In this document: positions 12,701 to 24,123 of the stretch, piece after piece
Layout: each line of letters starts with the position of its first letter
Position numbering within the stretch: position 1 is the stretch's first letter
Assembly (NCBI GenBank): GCA_026770705.1
Contig: JANJGN010000041.1
Coordinates: 3,720,001 to 3,784,000, forward strand
DNA from: Isurus oxyrinchus
Lineage: Eukaryota
DNA: 64,000 nt
Direction of reading: 5' to 3'
Program-made: the position numbers and the translations under genes
The notes under the pieces: model-generated
The model's database searches: none
Seen by the model: only the letters and a program-made list of their open reading frames with translations
Told to the model about the DNA's origin: nothing

Positions 12701-12759
12701 CCGTTTCCAGCACCTCACAGACGTTACAGCTGATTAGCAAGTTTGATTTGCAGGCTGAC

Positions 12760-15410
12760 AAAGATAAGGCACCCTTGACTGCATGGATGACCAGATCTAC
12801 AGAATGTGGCACCCGGATAACGCGCTTGAGAAACGGGTTTTGGAGTTCAACCGTCAGCTGAATGCACAGTGGTGCTCTGCGGAGGCGGAGGCTTTTATAC
12901 ATAGCATGTTTACTTTATTACACACAGTGATCACACGTTTTAAGTAAGTGCAGTCAGAGAAGAAATGGGTGATCAAAATCAGAACAAGGGAAGCAACCAG
13001 ATAGTCAGGAAAGGCTTAGAGTGTTTCTTATTTAAGAACGGATTCTTTTTCTGTGTTGAAAATTGGTGAAAGTGTTTATTCCTATGGGGAATACAGCCAG
13101 AGCCCAGGTGAACAATCTTGGTGATGCAGAAGGCGAGGAAGAACAATAGTGTAGGAGACCCAAAATTGTGAGTCGGAGTCAGGTGCATCAGCGGCCGCAG
13201 GCGTGACTCCAGGATGGTGTCCTGCTTCCCTGGAGCCAGGGTCAAGGCTGTCATTGAACTGCTGCAAGGAATTCTGAATGGGGAGGGCGAGCAGCCAAAT
13301 GCCGTGGTTCACGTTCATCCTAAAGGCATATGTACAAAGGGAGATGAGGACCTGCAACAAGAATTTAAGGAGCAAGGTAGCAGCTTGAGAAGCAGGTCGT
13401 CGAGTGTAATTTCTGGATTAATTCTGATGTCACGTGCTTTTTATAATAGGAATAGGCGGGTAGTGTAAATGAATTTGTGGCTGAAGATTTGGTGCAGGAG
13501 GACTGCTCGAGTTTCCTGGGTCACTGGGATTGTGTCTATTAGAGGTGGGATGTGAGGAAGTCCGAGATGTTTGACCTGAACCGTAAATGCAGCACAATTA
13601 TTTTTTTGGAAGGTCAGGGGGTCGGGGTGGTGGTGGGGGGTGGGGCGGGCGGGTTGGTGTGTGTTGCTGGGGATTGGAGGTTTGCTCGTGTTGTAAGTGA
13701 GGGTTTAAACTTATTGGGCAACTGGATAGGATACACAGCGGAGGTAAAGTAGAATGTGATTTATAGGCAAGTATAGAAGAAAAAAACTATTCAGTTGGGA
13801 CGGCAGAAAATATATAGTCACGTTAAAGCACAAGGGAGTTTGACAAGGATGGATGCCAATTATTCTATTCCCAGGAGTCCTGTGAGTCGGCAGATGAATT
13901 GAGGGTGTTGATTAACAAAGTGGAATATGATACTTTTCCACCCACAGAAATCTGGTGAAGTAGAGAACAGAGCTGGTAGTTGGATATACTGAGTATGGAA
14001 TCCTCAGTCGAGACAAGGCTGGCGTTGAGGGGAGGGTGGTCACAATAGAGGTGTTGATTTAAAACATTGATAAGTGAGTCAATTGCTGCAATCAGAGAAT
14101 GTTCCTCAGATAAGGCCATGTGGTTCGACCTTAAATTCAAAAAGGGGCTAATCACTTTGCCACCCCAAAGAGCCAAAGAGATAGAAAGGGAGGCATATAG
14201 GCAAGTCTGAGAGAATTGTAAAAATAACAAAGTAAAAATAGTAGGAGGTTTCCACTTCCTCCTAATAACCTTAATATACAAAGTGTGGAAGGCTTAGAGG
14301 TGGCAGAGTTTTCAAAATATACACAGGTGAGTTTTTTAAATTTGGCAAGTATGAATCCTACAAGAAAGGGAGCGCTGCTGGACCTATTATTTTGGGTACA
14401 AAGCTGGGCTAATGGTAGAGATCTTAATGGGGGAGAATTTCGCTGATGATGTCCATAATTCAGTAAGATGTAAGGTAGATATTGAGAAGCATAAAATGTA
14501 GCAGATATAAAGCTCCTGAATTGGGGTGAGGCTGTTTTTTAATAATTTAATACACGATCCTGGCAAAGTGGACTGGGAGCAGCCACTTGTCCAAATACGT
14601 GCATTAGAGCAGAGGGACTCTGGCAAAAATGAACTAGTGAGAGTGCTGCGACAAAATATTCCCAGAGCCATGGATTTCCAGGAAAGTAATGGATTGGATA
14701 AGGAAAAAACAGGAAACTCCTCGTGGAAGCCGAGGAATCAAAAGAGCGGATGTCCTAGAGGAATATGGAAAGTGTGTGTGGTTACTTAAATAAGAAAATT
14801 AGGAGAACGAAGGAGGGGATTTGGAAAACTCTGGCAAGAAAAATAAAGTAATGCTAAAAGGTCTTTTATATGTATATTATGGTCCAGTGGATGACCAGGG
14901 AAAACGCAGTGTGCATTAGGGAAAAAAAATAGCCATTTGTATGCGGACTTGGGACACGGAGCTGGGAATTTAAATGTGCTCTGTGCATCTTTATTTAGTG
15001 TAGAAAAGGGTGATGGAGGTATAGCAATCAGGGACGGGGACTGACATGCACCTGAACAACTTAAGATTGCAAGGGAGGAGATATTAGATATTATAGCAGA
15101 CTTTGAAGTAGATATATCCCCAGATCTAGATGAGTTGTTTACCAGGCTACTGTGCAAGGCAAGGAAGGAGAACATAAGTTCCCTGAAATTAATTTCAAAA
15201 TCCAGCTTCGCCACAGGAGGGTCCAAGATGACTGAATGCCAGTAAATGGGGTATCATTATTCAAAATAAGTGCCGATAAATAAGGCATCTCTCAGCTAGA
15301 GAATCTAAAATCAGTGGTGTGGAACATTTTGGGGAAAAAAGATCAGTCGGAGAGGCTTAACCTCCCGTTGGAGAAAGTTATTAATGATGGATAGTCAGTA
15401 TTATTAATCT
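12760..15410 (+). mobile_element. CR1 LINE relic: ORF1 (zipper plus esterase) and ORF2 endonuclease region
   Basis: DDQIYRM..LEKRVLEF..QL; RRRDSRMVSCFPGARVKAVIELLQGILNGEGEQPNAVVHV; endonuclease-like IVGGFHFL and PTRKGALLDL; many stops. Confidence 0.9.
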
Positions 15411-15419
15411 TCTTTGCTA

Positions 15420-17300
15420 TTGACCATTTTCGCAGCTAGTCTAAATATTCTGGTTCAATTAATTCGTACAAGGTCTCTTGCAGAATTTTGATCCCGTTTG
15501 TAAACTTTATTTCCAAGAATGAGATCCAGCAGGATCTCATTTCTCTTGGAAGTGGAAACACACTGCTGTAGAAATGTTGTCTGAGCAGAATTCAGGAACT
15601 GTTACCATCACTGTCTGCATGAGAGAAATTGGACTCCCTCATTTTAAGTTGTCTACAATGTTTGCAAATCACTGTGATTTCCTTGCCAAATTCTTCCAAC
15701 ACATCATTCCCACTTAGTGGTGACCTATAGACCACACCAAAAAATTTAATCAGACCTATTTTGTTTCTTAGCTCTAGACGAATAGATTGTGCCCTTACCC
15801 ATTTGAGTTATCCTCTCCCTACTGCACAGCAGCACTCTCTTTAAACAGTTCCACCAACCCTCTCCATTTCTTGCTTAACTAAATTTCCCGAATATTTTGA
15901 ATCCAGTAGTATTCCAGAGACAGTGCAGACCTTCATTCAACCAGGTCCTTTTTATGCCCACCAAATGATACTTCCACACTGAAACCTGCTTGTGTAATTC
16001 ACCAACCTTAGTTACCACAGCCTGAACATTCACACTAAAATACAAAGCCCACAATTAGACTTTATTACTTTCTAATTAACCTGGCCATACCTATTAATGT
16101 TCTATTCCATACAGAAGTGCCATATATCCCTCACAATTTTCTGTAGACATTGTCATTTATCTATGTTACTGTTTATTGGTTCCCACTTCACAATTCGCGT
16201 TAATTCAAATGCTCCACAGTTACACAGCTAGAACGCCCAAAAGAAGCTCTATGTTGGTGCAAATATACCGCCCTATGCGGAACCCTTCTCTTCCAGAGCC
16301 AGCCTCAATGTCATAACAATCTAAAACCCTTTCTCAACTTGCATCTTCCTCGAAACACATTCATTTTTTTTGATCCGTCAATTTTGATACTTCTTTGCAC
16401 GTGACACTTGGAGTAATCGAGAGATTAAAATATTTGAACCCCTGGTTGCGAAATTCCAACCAGGAACCCTAAATGCAGACTGCTGGGCCACAGCACTCCT
16501 CCTACCGACGGCATTGGAACCATTGTATTTTCTGTTGTTGAGAACTTCCCTTTCAGAATGCATTTGTAGCCGAACACAGACAGCGATCTTGGCGCCTAGG
16601 AGGGAACACAACTCCCTGGACTGAAAGTGCCACACTAATGCTTGCCTACTTCCTATCGTTGGAAACAACTAACACTAATGCTCTTCAATGCTTCATTTTG
16701 AACCCGCTTTATAGATATGCAATCAATTATGCCATAACCCTACCTCCTGTTGCGCTTCTCAGAGAAACCAGATTGTCATTAGTATTCCATTCTGAAACCT
16801 CCTTCTGGAATATGTGGCAAGCAGAATGCCTGCAACTTACCTTTCCTTATTTGAATGGTGGATGGACATATATTCTCAATGTCAACGCATAGACATAAGC
16901 TGGAAGGTGACTACATCTATCAAGGCAAAGCCCACAAATCTGTCAAAAACCTGGATTAAGTGTATTGATGCCAGCTGCCGATGAACTTCCAAAACCCAGA
17001 GCTCAATATGTTGCCTTCGGTGGCACTTCCTGCAGAAATTATTATCCAGGACGCAGGGGACATTTTGGAGTCCCACATTTCACATAACGTACACTCCATC
17101 AGTTGGAGAATTTGTCATTCTTCCGTGTCTTCATTAAGCTTACTGATGCAAATAAACCAACACAACACGAATAAAATTTCCTAATACTATTAGAGCTTAC
17201 TGAAACTGCTAAATAGGGATGATTCTTAAGGCACCTTACTTATTAGGCGCAGAGTTTATTCACTAGTTGCTCATTGTTAATAAATAATAGTTTTACTGCT
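15420..17300 (-). mobile_element. Second CR1 relic in opposite orientation (ORF1 and endonuclease remnants); mostly absent from copy 2
   Basis: ORF 16882..17076(-) PCVLDNNFCRKCHRRQHIELWVLEVHRQL is CR1 ORF1 Cys/zipper-like; esterase-like remnants at ~16380-16500. Confidence 0.75.
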
Positions 17301-17399
17301 TTGAGGCTGCAAGTTATGTTGGATTGAGTCCGTAAATTTCAAATCTCATCGGCCATAACTTACTCATGCCCTTCAATTTCCCACCTTGCGTTTTGCCTC

Positions 17400-18125
17400 T
17401 GAACATTCGCTCTACATAATTGCCAGTCAATGACCATCTCCAAGTAGGGAGCACCTCATTATCCCCACCTGGAATTCCGCAATGTTACAGTCAGTGAATC
17501 GCCAAATATCAACATCCTGGAGGTTACCATTGAACTGAACACACCACATAAATACTGTGGAATTAAAGCCAGTGCAGAGGTTGGGAATCTGCAGAGAGTA
17601 ACTCAGCCCATCACACCACAAAGATGGTCCAAGATTTACAAAGAGCAAGTTAGGATTGTCTTGGTATAACCTCCACTCGCCTACATGACTACAGCTCCAA
17701 CAACACTCAAGAAGCTGTATGCCATCCAGGACAAAGAATCCCTCTTCATTGGTACCATATGCACCACTTTTAGAATTCGCTCCCTCATTCACAAAAGCAC
17801 AATGTCATCAGTTTTTTCATCAACGATCTGCACATCGTCAACTCACGAAGTATCCTTCCAACCCCTCGGCAGCGAATACGCAAAAGCCCATGAACAGCAG
17901 CTACATGAGAACAGCACCGTGAGGAAGTTCACACCAAAGCCGGTCACCATCCAGACCTGGAAAAACATTGTCGCCTCATCATTGTCTCGTGGCTAAAGTC
18001 ATGGATTCCCAACAGCACTTAGAGTACACTTACACCACATGGACTGTGGCCGTATAAGAAAGCAGCCACAGTTGGGCAGTTAAATGTTGGTCTAGCTAAC
18101 GATTTGCATGTCCATGATAGAATAA
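17400..18125 (+). mobile_element. CR1/L2-clade LINE 3' end (same family as 9265..10000)
   Basis: INILEVTI..L...HINTV...AGQRLG-like and TAPTTLKKLYAIQDK motifs; tail gggcagttaaatgttggtctagc. Confidence 0.75.
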
Positions 18126-18209
18126 TTAAACATAGTGCCCCAGTCGTCATTCTCAGAGAAGCACCATCAATGTACTTTATAGAGAAAAAAATTATTCTCT
18201 CGCGTAACC

Positions 18210-18495
18210 ACATGCAGGGCAGTCGCAGCACGGAGTTCCATACAGAGAAAATCTCCCTGTAACATTTTTCCAATGAACACTCCCAGGAGGCGTAAAGCAT
18301 TGGGAGAGTCACAGAGCAAAGCTCCCCCTGCACTGCCCCCAATAATCAATCCCAGGAAATTAATGGCACGGGCTAAATGTAACTCAGATCTCTCTCTATA
18401 CTTCCCAAATACTCACCAACAGGGCAGTTGAAGCATTGGGTTTGATACCGAGTGAAGCACCCTCTACAATGTCCCCATCAAAAACTTTCAGGAGA
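18210..18495. repeat. Degenerate ~69-bp tandem repeat, ~4 copies
   Basis: tcccagg...agcacggg...tacagag..aagctccctctacactgtccccatcaaa units recur at ~18281, 18350, 18418, 18487. Confidence 0.7.
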
Positions 18496-20953
18496 CCGCA
18501 GCGTCCCTGACAAAAGGTCCTGCTGTAGCTGCATCTCAGCGGGAGTTGCAAAGCATTTTAATGCAGTGTTGTTTGGCAGGGGAAGAGTTGGTGAGTTAAT
18601 GGAGAATAGTACCTCCTAGTAATGCTGGTATAATGAATGGAGTCACATTACCTTCGGGTGGAGTCTGGACGGAGTCATTCTTAAGGCACCACACATACAT
18701 GGCAGTATCACGGGTATGGAAGTAGTTATTAGCAATTATCAGTTCATGTATGTTCATACAAGTCTCGACAGCACCTCCAGGAGTCATCTAATAAGACTTT
18801 ACCACATCCCAGCAGCTAAATGAATTATGCTAGAATCTCAAACTAGCTGGCATAACTCCACGGATTCCAATGGTGTGATCGGTCATAACTTGTCAACATT
18901 GCTGGTGAAGTTAGAGATAGTTCCACAAAATGAAAACAGAAGACACAAGTCAAACATGCTAAGGTTGAAGCTTCCTTTGAGATTTAGAGGGCGAAGGACT
19001 GCAACTGAGCATGTGGATGTCCAATGCCAGGCTGGTCAAAAGTGCGTAAGTGCAGAATCGAGGAACATGCGCTTATCACTAAAACACAGTGCAAATTCGC
19101 ACACAAAAAGATGAAATGAAACAGGATGATAGATATATCCATTTTAGGGGAAACCACTTTGATGAGGAGAAAGACCTGAGTGAGGTAGAATCCATAGATC
19201 TGGCCAAATCACGAAAGGCTGAGCAAAATACAAAATGAAGTGTTAGGTTTGTTTTAAAGTAGGCGGCAAACTCAGGGCTTAGCACATCAAGGCGGCAGAT
19301 GGAGGAAAGCTGCAGCAACAGCTGGCAAAATTCAACCAGGTGGCGCAGCTGAAGTGAACCTAAGTTTTAGTTATACAATTAATGCAGTTAACTTAAATGA
19401 CAGGCAGAGTGGAAAGAAACCTGAAGCATTAGATTAAAAATAAATCGTCCTTTGTTTTGAACCCTTGGTTCTTGCTTTAAAAAAAATAATGTTGGGTTAA
19501 CAGGCCTAACGTTTTGAACACAAATGCAATGGTCACAGAGCAATACCGTCAAATACTAAACAGTGAGGGAATTCACAGCTGGATTACTAACAGCTGCAAA
19601 GCCATCCTGACCTGAAATAGACAAAAAAATGGATGCGGCACAGAGAGCCTTAAATGTGCAACAACATTTAAAATAATTAAATTGGGAAATGAAAAATAAA
19701 TGGCCATGGATCGGTCATTCCAACAGAGCCCCATGTTTGCTTCTGCAAGGGCTGAAGGGATATATTTCTTTATTTAAATTATTGGATAAATCAGGATTAA
19801 GCACAATATCTGGAGACGTCCGGGCCTGCCCGACCTGAACTTGCATGCCCAGTAATCCCAATGTAGTAGATTGATAAATTCTCATCCACCTTCAAAGCAA
19901 CATTAAGTGCCGTTCAAGAATCTGTGAAACATCAAGTTCACTACTCTGTAGTGATTACAAGTTGCTTTGAACACCCTTAGCAAATTGCAAAACGGCGAAT
20001 TTACGTTTTTGAACACGTTATATGAGGCACAAGGAAAGTCAAAAGTTCCTTGAACTCCCAGGAATCTGTCTTTATGGGGAGCCTGATGCATGAATCCTAA
20101 TTTATTTCCCTTTCAAAGACACATTATTGCTTCCAGGACTGTACAAACAATCCACAGGGTAATGAATAAAAATAGCGATGTGGAATGTGGAGGAGAAGAA
20201 ACAACAAAAAAAAACACATTGCTTGTCTCAAAGCTGATCTGGATAATTGGAAGTGTCAGATTCAGGCTGCGCATGTAGATTTAAAAAAGCACTGCACAAC
20301 GCAGTATTAAATGAGGCAGAAATTTCGAGGCTTGAAGAAACAGAATTTCAGGTAAAGCAAAGCAAGTAGGGGATATAAGCATCCTAAGTTCCACAGGTGA
20401 CAAATCAAATTGAGAGTTAGAAAATGTCATCCATATATACAGCCAGTCAAAACAATAGGGAGTAAACAGAATCACAAACCTGCAAAATTGAAAGGGTCTC
20501 TGCAGGATGAACCTATATTCGTCATCAAAATCATCAAAAAACAAGATGGTCAATATTATTTGAGGGAAGAAGTACCGCATTGGAACTATCAGTAAAATCA
20601 AAGGAATGTACTGAAGCTCAGGGTGCGTTGGCATTAGTTGGCCAAGAAAATTAAGAGTCAGAACAGAGCTGATTATCCAGCTTGTTCAAAAAGCAAAAAT
20701 GAGGTCATTACTCCTCAGCAGCATGAATGCAATAAAATCTCTCCTGCACAGCAGAAGGGAAGAAGAGCAGAGTTAAATCGAGGAGCCCCTGCTGAATAAA
20801 AGGAAAGTGAAGATGAAGCAATTATAACTTCAGAGCGCAAAGGAAAGCCTAGTGAAGAATCTTGACACATTACAGATGTCCCTGAGGCCAAGTCATGTTT
20901 TTAGGTTAAACGCCGAAGAGAAGCTTTATGAATTTTAAATGAGTCTGAACATG

Positions 20954-21016
20954 AAAACAAAAACAGAATTACCTGGAAAAACTCAGCAGGTCTGGCAGCA
21001 TCGGCGGAGAAGAAAA
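20954..21016 (+). mobile_element. Short insertion of the young repeat seen at 10507-10570; specific to copy 1
   Basis: aaaacaaaaacagaattacctggaaaaactcagcaggtctggcagcatcggcggagaagaaaa; absent at the equivalent site ~47420 in copy 2. Confidence 0.85.
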
Positions 21017-21282
21017 AAACGCAGTTTGCAGGGAAGACTCCACAATTTCTAATATTATAGAAATAAGTCTAATCTGCTAGAAAAAAAGACAGAAAGGGAA
21101 TGAAACAACTGACATTGAAAAGAAAAGTCCAAGCTCTTTCCAAAGCTGAGAGCAGGTATTGAATTTATGAGAAGCACGTTTGGAGAACTGAAATAATTTA
21201 ATCTTTCACCGGAGACAGGCCTAGCCAACAGTGAAACCCACATGAAGGGCAAGGACAAAGCTCTGCTGCAGGCAGAGAGGGG

Positions 21283-21668
21283 AAGGGGCAGTGGCAAAAT
21301 GGCAATGTCGCTGCATTGGGAACCCAGAGACCCAGGCTACTGCTCTGGGGACATGGAGGCAACATCCATCATGGCTGCTCTAGGCATTAGAATTTAACTC
21401 TTAAAGATGCAAGTGAAAGCTAGCCCAAGTGGTGGGCACCATCAAAATATCATCGATTATCATAAAATCCCATCACTTCACGAATCTAAGTTAAAGATGG
21501 AAACCTGCCATTCCAAATTCTTTTGACCGACAAATGACTCCAGAAACACAGCAATGCAGCCGACTCTAAACAGCTCTCAGCAGTCACCTAGCAAGATCAG
21601 TTCAACAGCAATTCCGTATGGGCAAATAAATGCCAGTTTCCAGCTACGCCCACACCCTGTGGAAGAAT
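21283..21668 (+). mobile_element. Full-length decayed Deu-domain SINE (SacSINE1-like)
   Basis: tRNA-like head (ccagagacccaggctactgctctggggacatgg), core (tatcatcgatt...ggaaacctgcc...gactccagaaacacagcaatg) and tail (gggcaaataaatgcc...gcccacaccctgtggaagaat). Confidence 0.8.
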
Positions 21669-23965
21669 CAGGAAGAAAGATTGAAAAAATATTGTAATTT
21701 GAGAATCTGATACTGAATCTCAAGAGACAAGGAGGAAAAATCACTGGATTCCTCAAACGGACTGAGAGGCATTTAGTTGTTAAAAATAACTTGCTCAAAT
21801 GGAAATCAAGAAGCGGGAACATGAACAAAATGGTGAGCAGGTGCAAGGAGAAGTCAAATTTCTCACAGAATAGCGCGAGGCTTCTCATCTACAAATAGGA
21901 TAAGTAAGCATATAGAATGTGGCACTCACGAAAAAAACGCTGCTAAGCGAAAAGTGGTCAGTGTAGAGAACTGACTTTGACGTACAGAGGCTGTGCTTGC
22001 TGAGATGTTGGATCTTCAAAATGAAAATACGCGAAAAAGTTTCCAACCGCCATCCAATGTGAAGAAGTTGGAGAATGTGATGCGTCATATGGGAGAGGGA
22101 AGCTAGACTTTGAAGACTCGAACAAGCAGTTTCAGGATTTAACGAACAGTCAGTGGGCATGTAAAAAACCTGAAAGGAACTGACTGCACATGTCAACGTA
22201 ACCCTGTATAAAGATTTCACTGATAAATCTGAAGGAAAAGCAGCTCAACTTCCAGACCAATTGCTGCGCTACAGGAAAATGTGCAGATGTGTGCAAAAAG
22301 ACTTGAAAGGAAAAGAGCAATCACAACTTTGGCTGATGTTGCAAAACAAGTGGAAATTAATGTTCTGTTTGTAAAACAACAACATCCAGCTAGATCATGG
22401 GGGAGCCAGCGGAAATAGAAAATCCCAGTCCACTCCAGAATTAGCTCGGAGTGCATATTCCCCTCAAAAGAATGGCACAAACACACGATGCCCGAGCAGA
22501 TCAAATGGGATGTTGTTAATCAAAAAGGGAACTCAAAGGAGCACAAAAATCCAATCAAGTGGAGAGAAACAAGTGCGAGAAATGCGGAGCATCACAATCA
22601 CAAGCTCAAACTGAAAACATCAGCCCGAAGAAGCTACTTAAACCATTCATCCACACCGAACACACAAGAATGTGAAAGAATTGTCAAATATCCAGACACC
22701 TGAATTCATGATGTAATAGTGTTAGCCAGGTGCGCAAGGGTTGGGAGTGGAGAGGGGGGAGTGGGGGTGCTGTGGGGGTTTGATGCTGGGCGGCAGAATT
22801 GGTGGCGGAAAAAAATAGCAAATAATGGTTTTATTTTAAATAACTATAGTCAGATGGAAGGGAGGATTGGTCGCTTTTAAATGATGGGCCTATTTTATCA
22901 GGTAGCAGCATGGCCATTGTAATGGAAAGGTTTTCGTCAGAGGAAGATTGAATGTGGTTTGGGGAATAATGCCGCAAATGGTATGATGCATAGGTTTACA
23001 TGAATGTTGAATTAGAAGCAAAGTATGAAGCAACTATTAAAGTCGTTGAACCCATGCATGTGGAACATCGGATATGTACATTGTTATGGGTTAACAATTA
23101 ATAGTTCATGTTTAAAATTGCAAGTCAGGAGACCTCTCAGTGGGAGATCAAAGGAACATTTTCAACAATTCCCAGGGCAGGGCAGGAGGCTACGCTGTCC
23201 AAACAAACACTGCCATGATATGTATAGCATATGGTTATATATAGATTAATGCCGCTTCTAAGCCGTCGAATCACATAATCCAAAAACTAGTATTTCACAT
23301 GTTTTGATGCAGAGAAATTTCCAACTACAGACAGCAAACACTCTAAGGGAAGGTACAACAATAGATGATATATAGAACCAATCCGCCTATTCAATGTGCC
23401 CATCATACCCATCTCAGCGCTGGTACAGCAAAGTTTAGATACGGACAACTCTCTGTCAGCAATGCCCCCGTGGAACTTTACAATGGGTATTATAGCAATG
23501 GCTTAGATAGACAGCAGATCTTTCCCAATTAAACCTTCCAACAGCTGGTTAAATACGGGGCTTGATGCATATGTCTATTTATTCATGGCAGGCATATCCC
23601 ACTAATAGTATTTCACACTTGGCCGAAACATCTGCCAATGTTCTCCGAGGTGTGTTTTCCCAGATATGGCATCCCAATTGCCGATAAGCCTGAGCTGATT
23701 TCGAGTAGCATTTCTTTTCCTTAAGCCTTTCTAACTAACTTGCAGCCAAAGCAGCCTGTCCTGCTGCCACAGTGCTGTGCATAATTGGATGTGACTGTTG
23801 CTGCTCTTTTAGATGCTTCCGTTCACTGAATTTATGAGAAGGAAAAAGGAACAAAGACACTTCTCTTAGGTTCTGGGTTGTTATGTCAGGTGTGGCATGA
23901 CTGGAGGTAATGAAGCGAATAATAATTAATCTGTGTGGATATTATTTGTATCTTCGTTTGTCTAC

Positions 23966-24038
23966 GTGTGTGTGTGTGTGTGTGCGTTTTAGTGCAAGTG
24001 TATGTTTGTGTGTATGTTTCTGCGTGCATGTGTGTATG

Positions 24039-24109
<71 letters not shown>

Positions 24110-24123
24110 ATGTGTGTGAGTGA
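23966..24123. repeat. (TG)n microsatellite, pure run ~24043..24107
   Basis: Directly visible. Confidence 0.97.

Noticed and set aside
19430-20100. TEX15-like motifs (FKKNEC.V, EP.F...(W)RD..LY, NAFHE) in the coding-like relic
   Set aside because: Matched only from memory, short, and spacing between motifs is inconsistent; kept only as a hypothesis for BLASTX.
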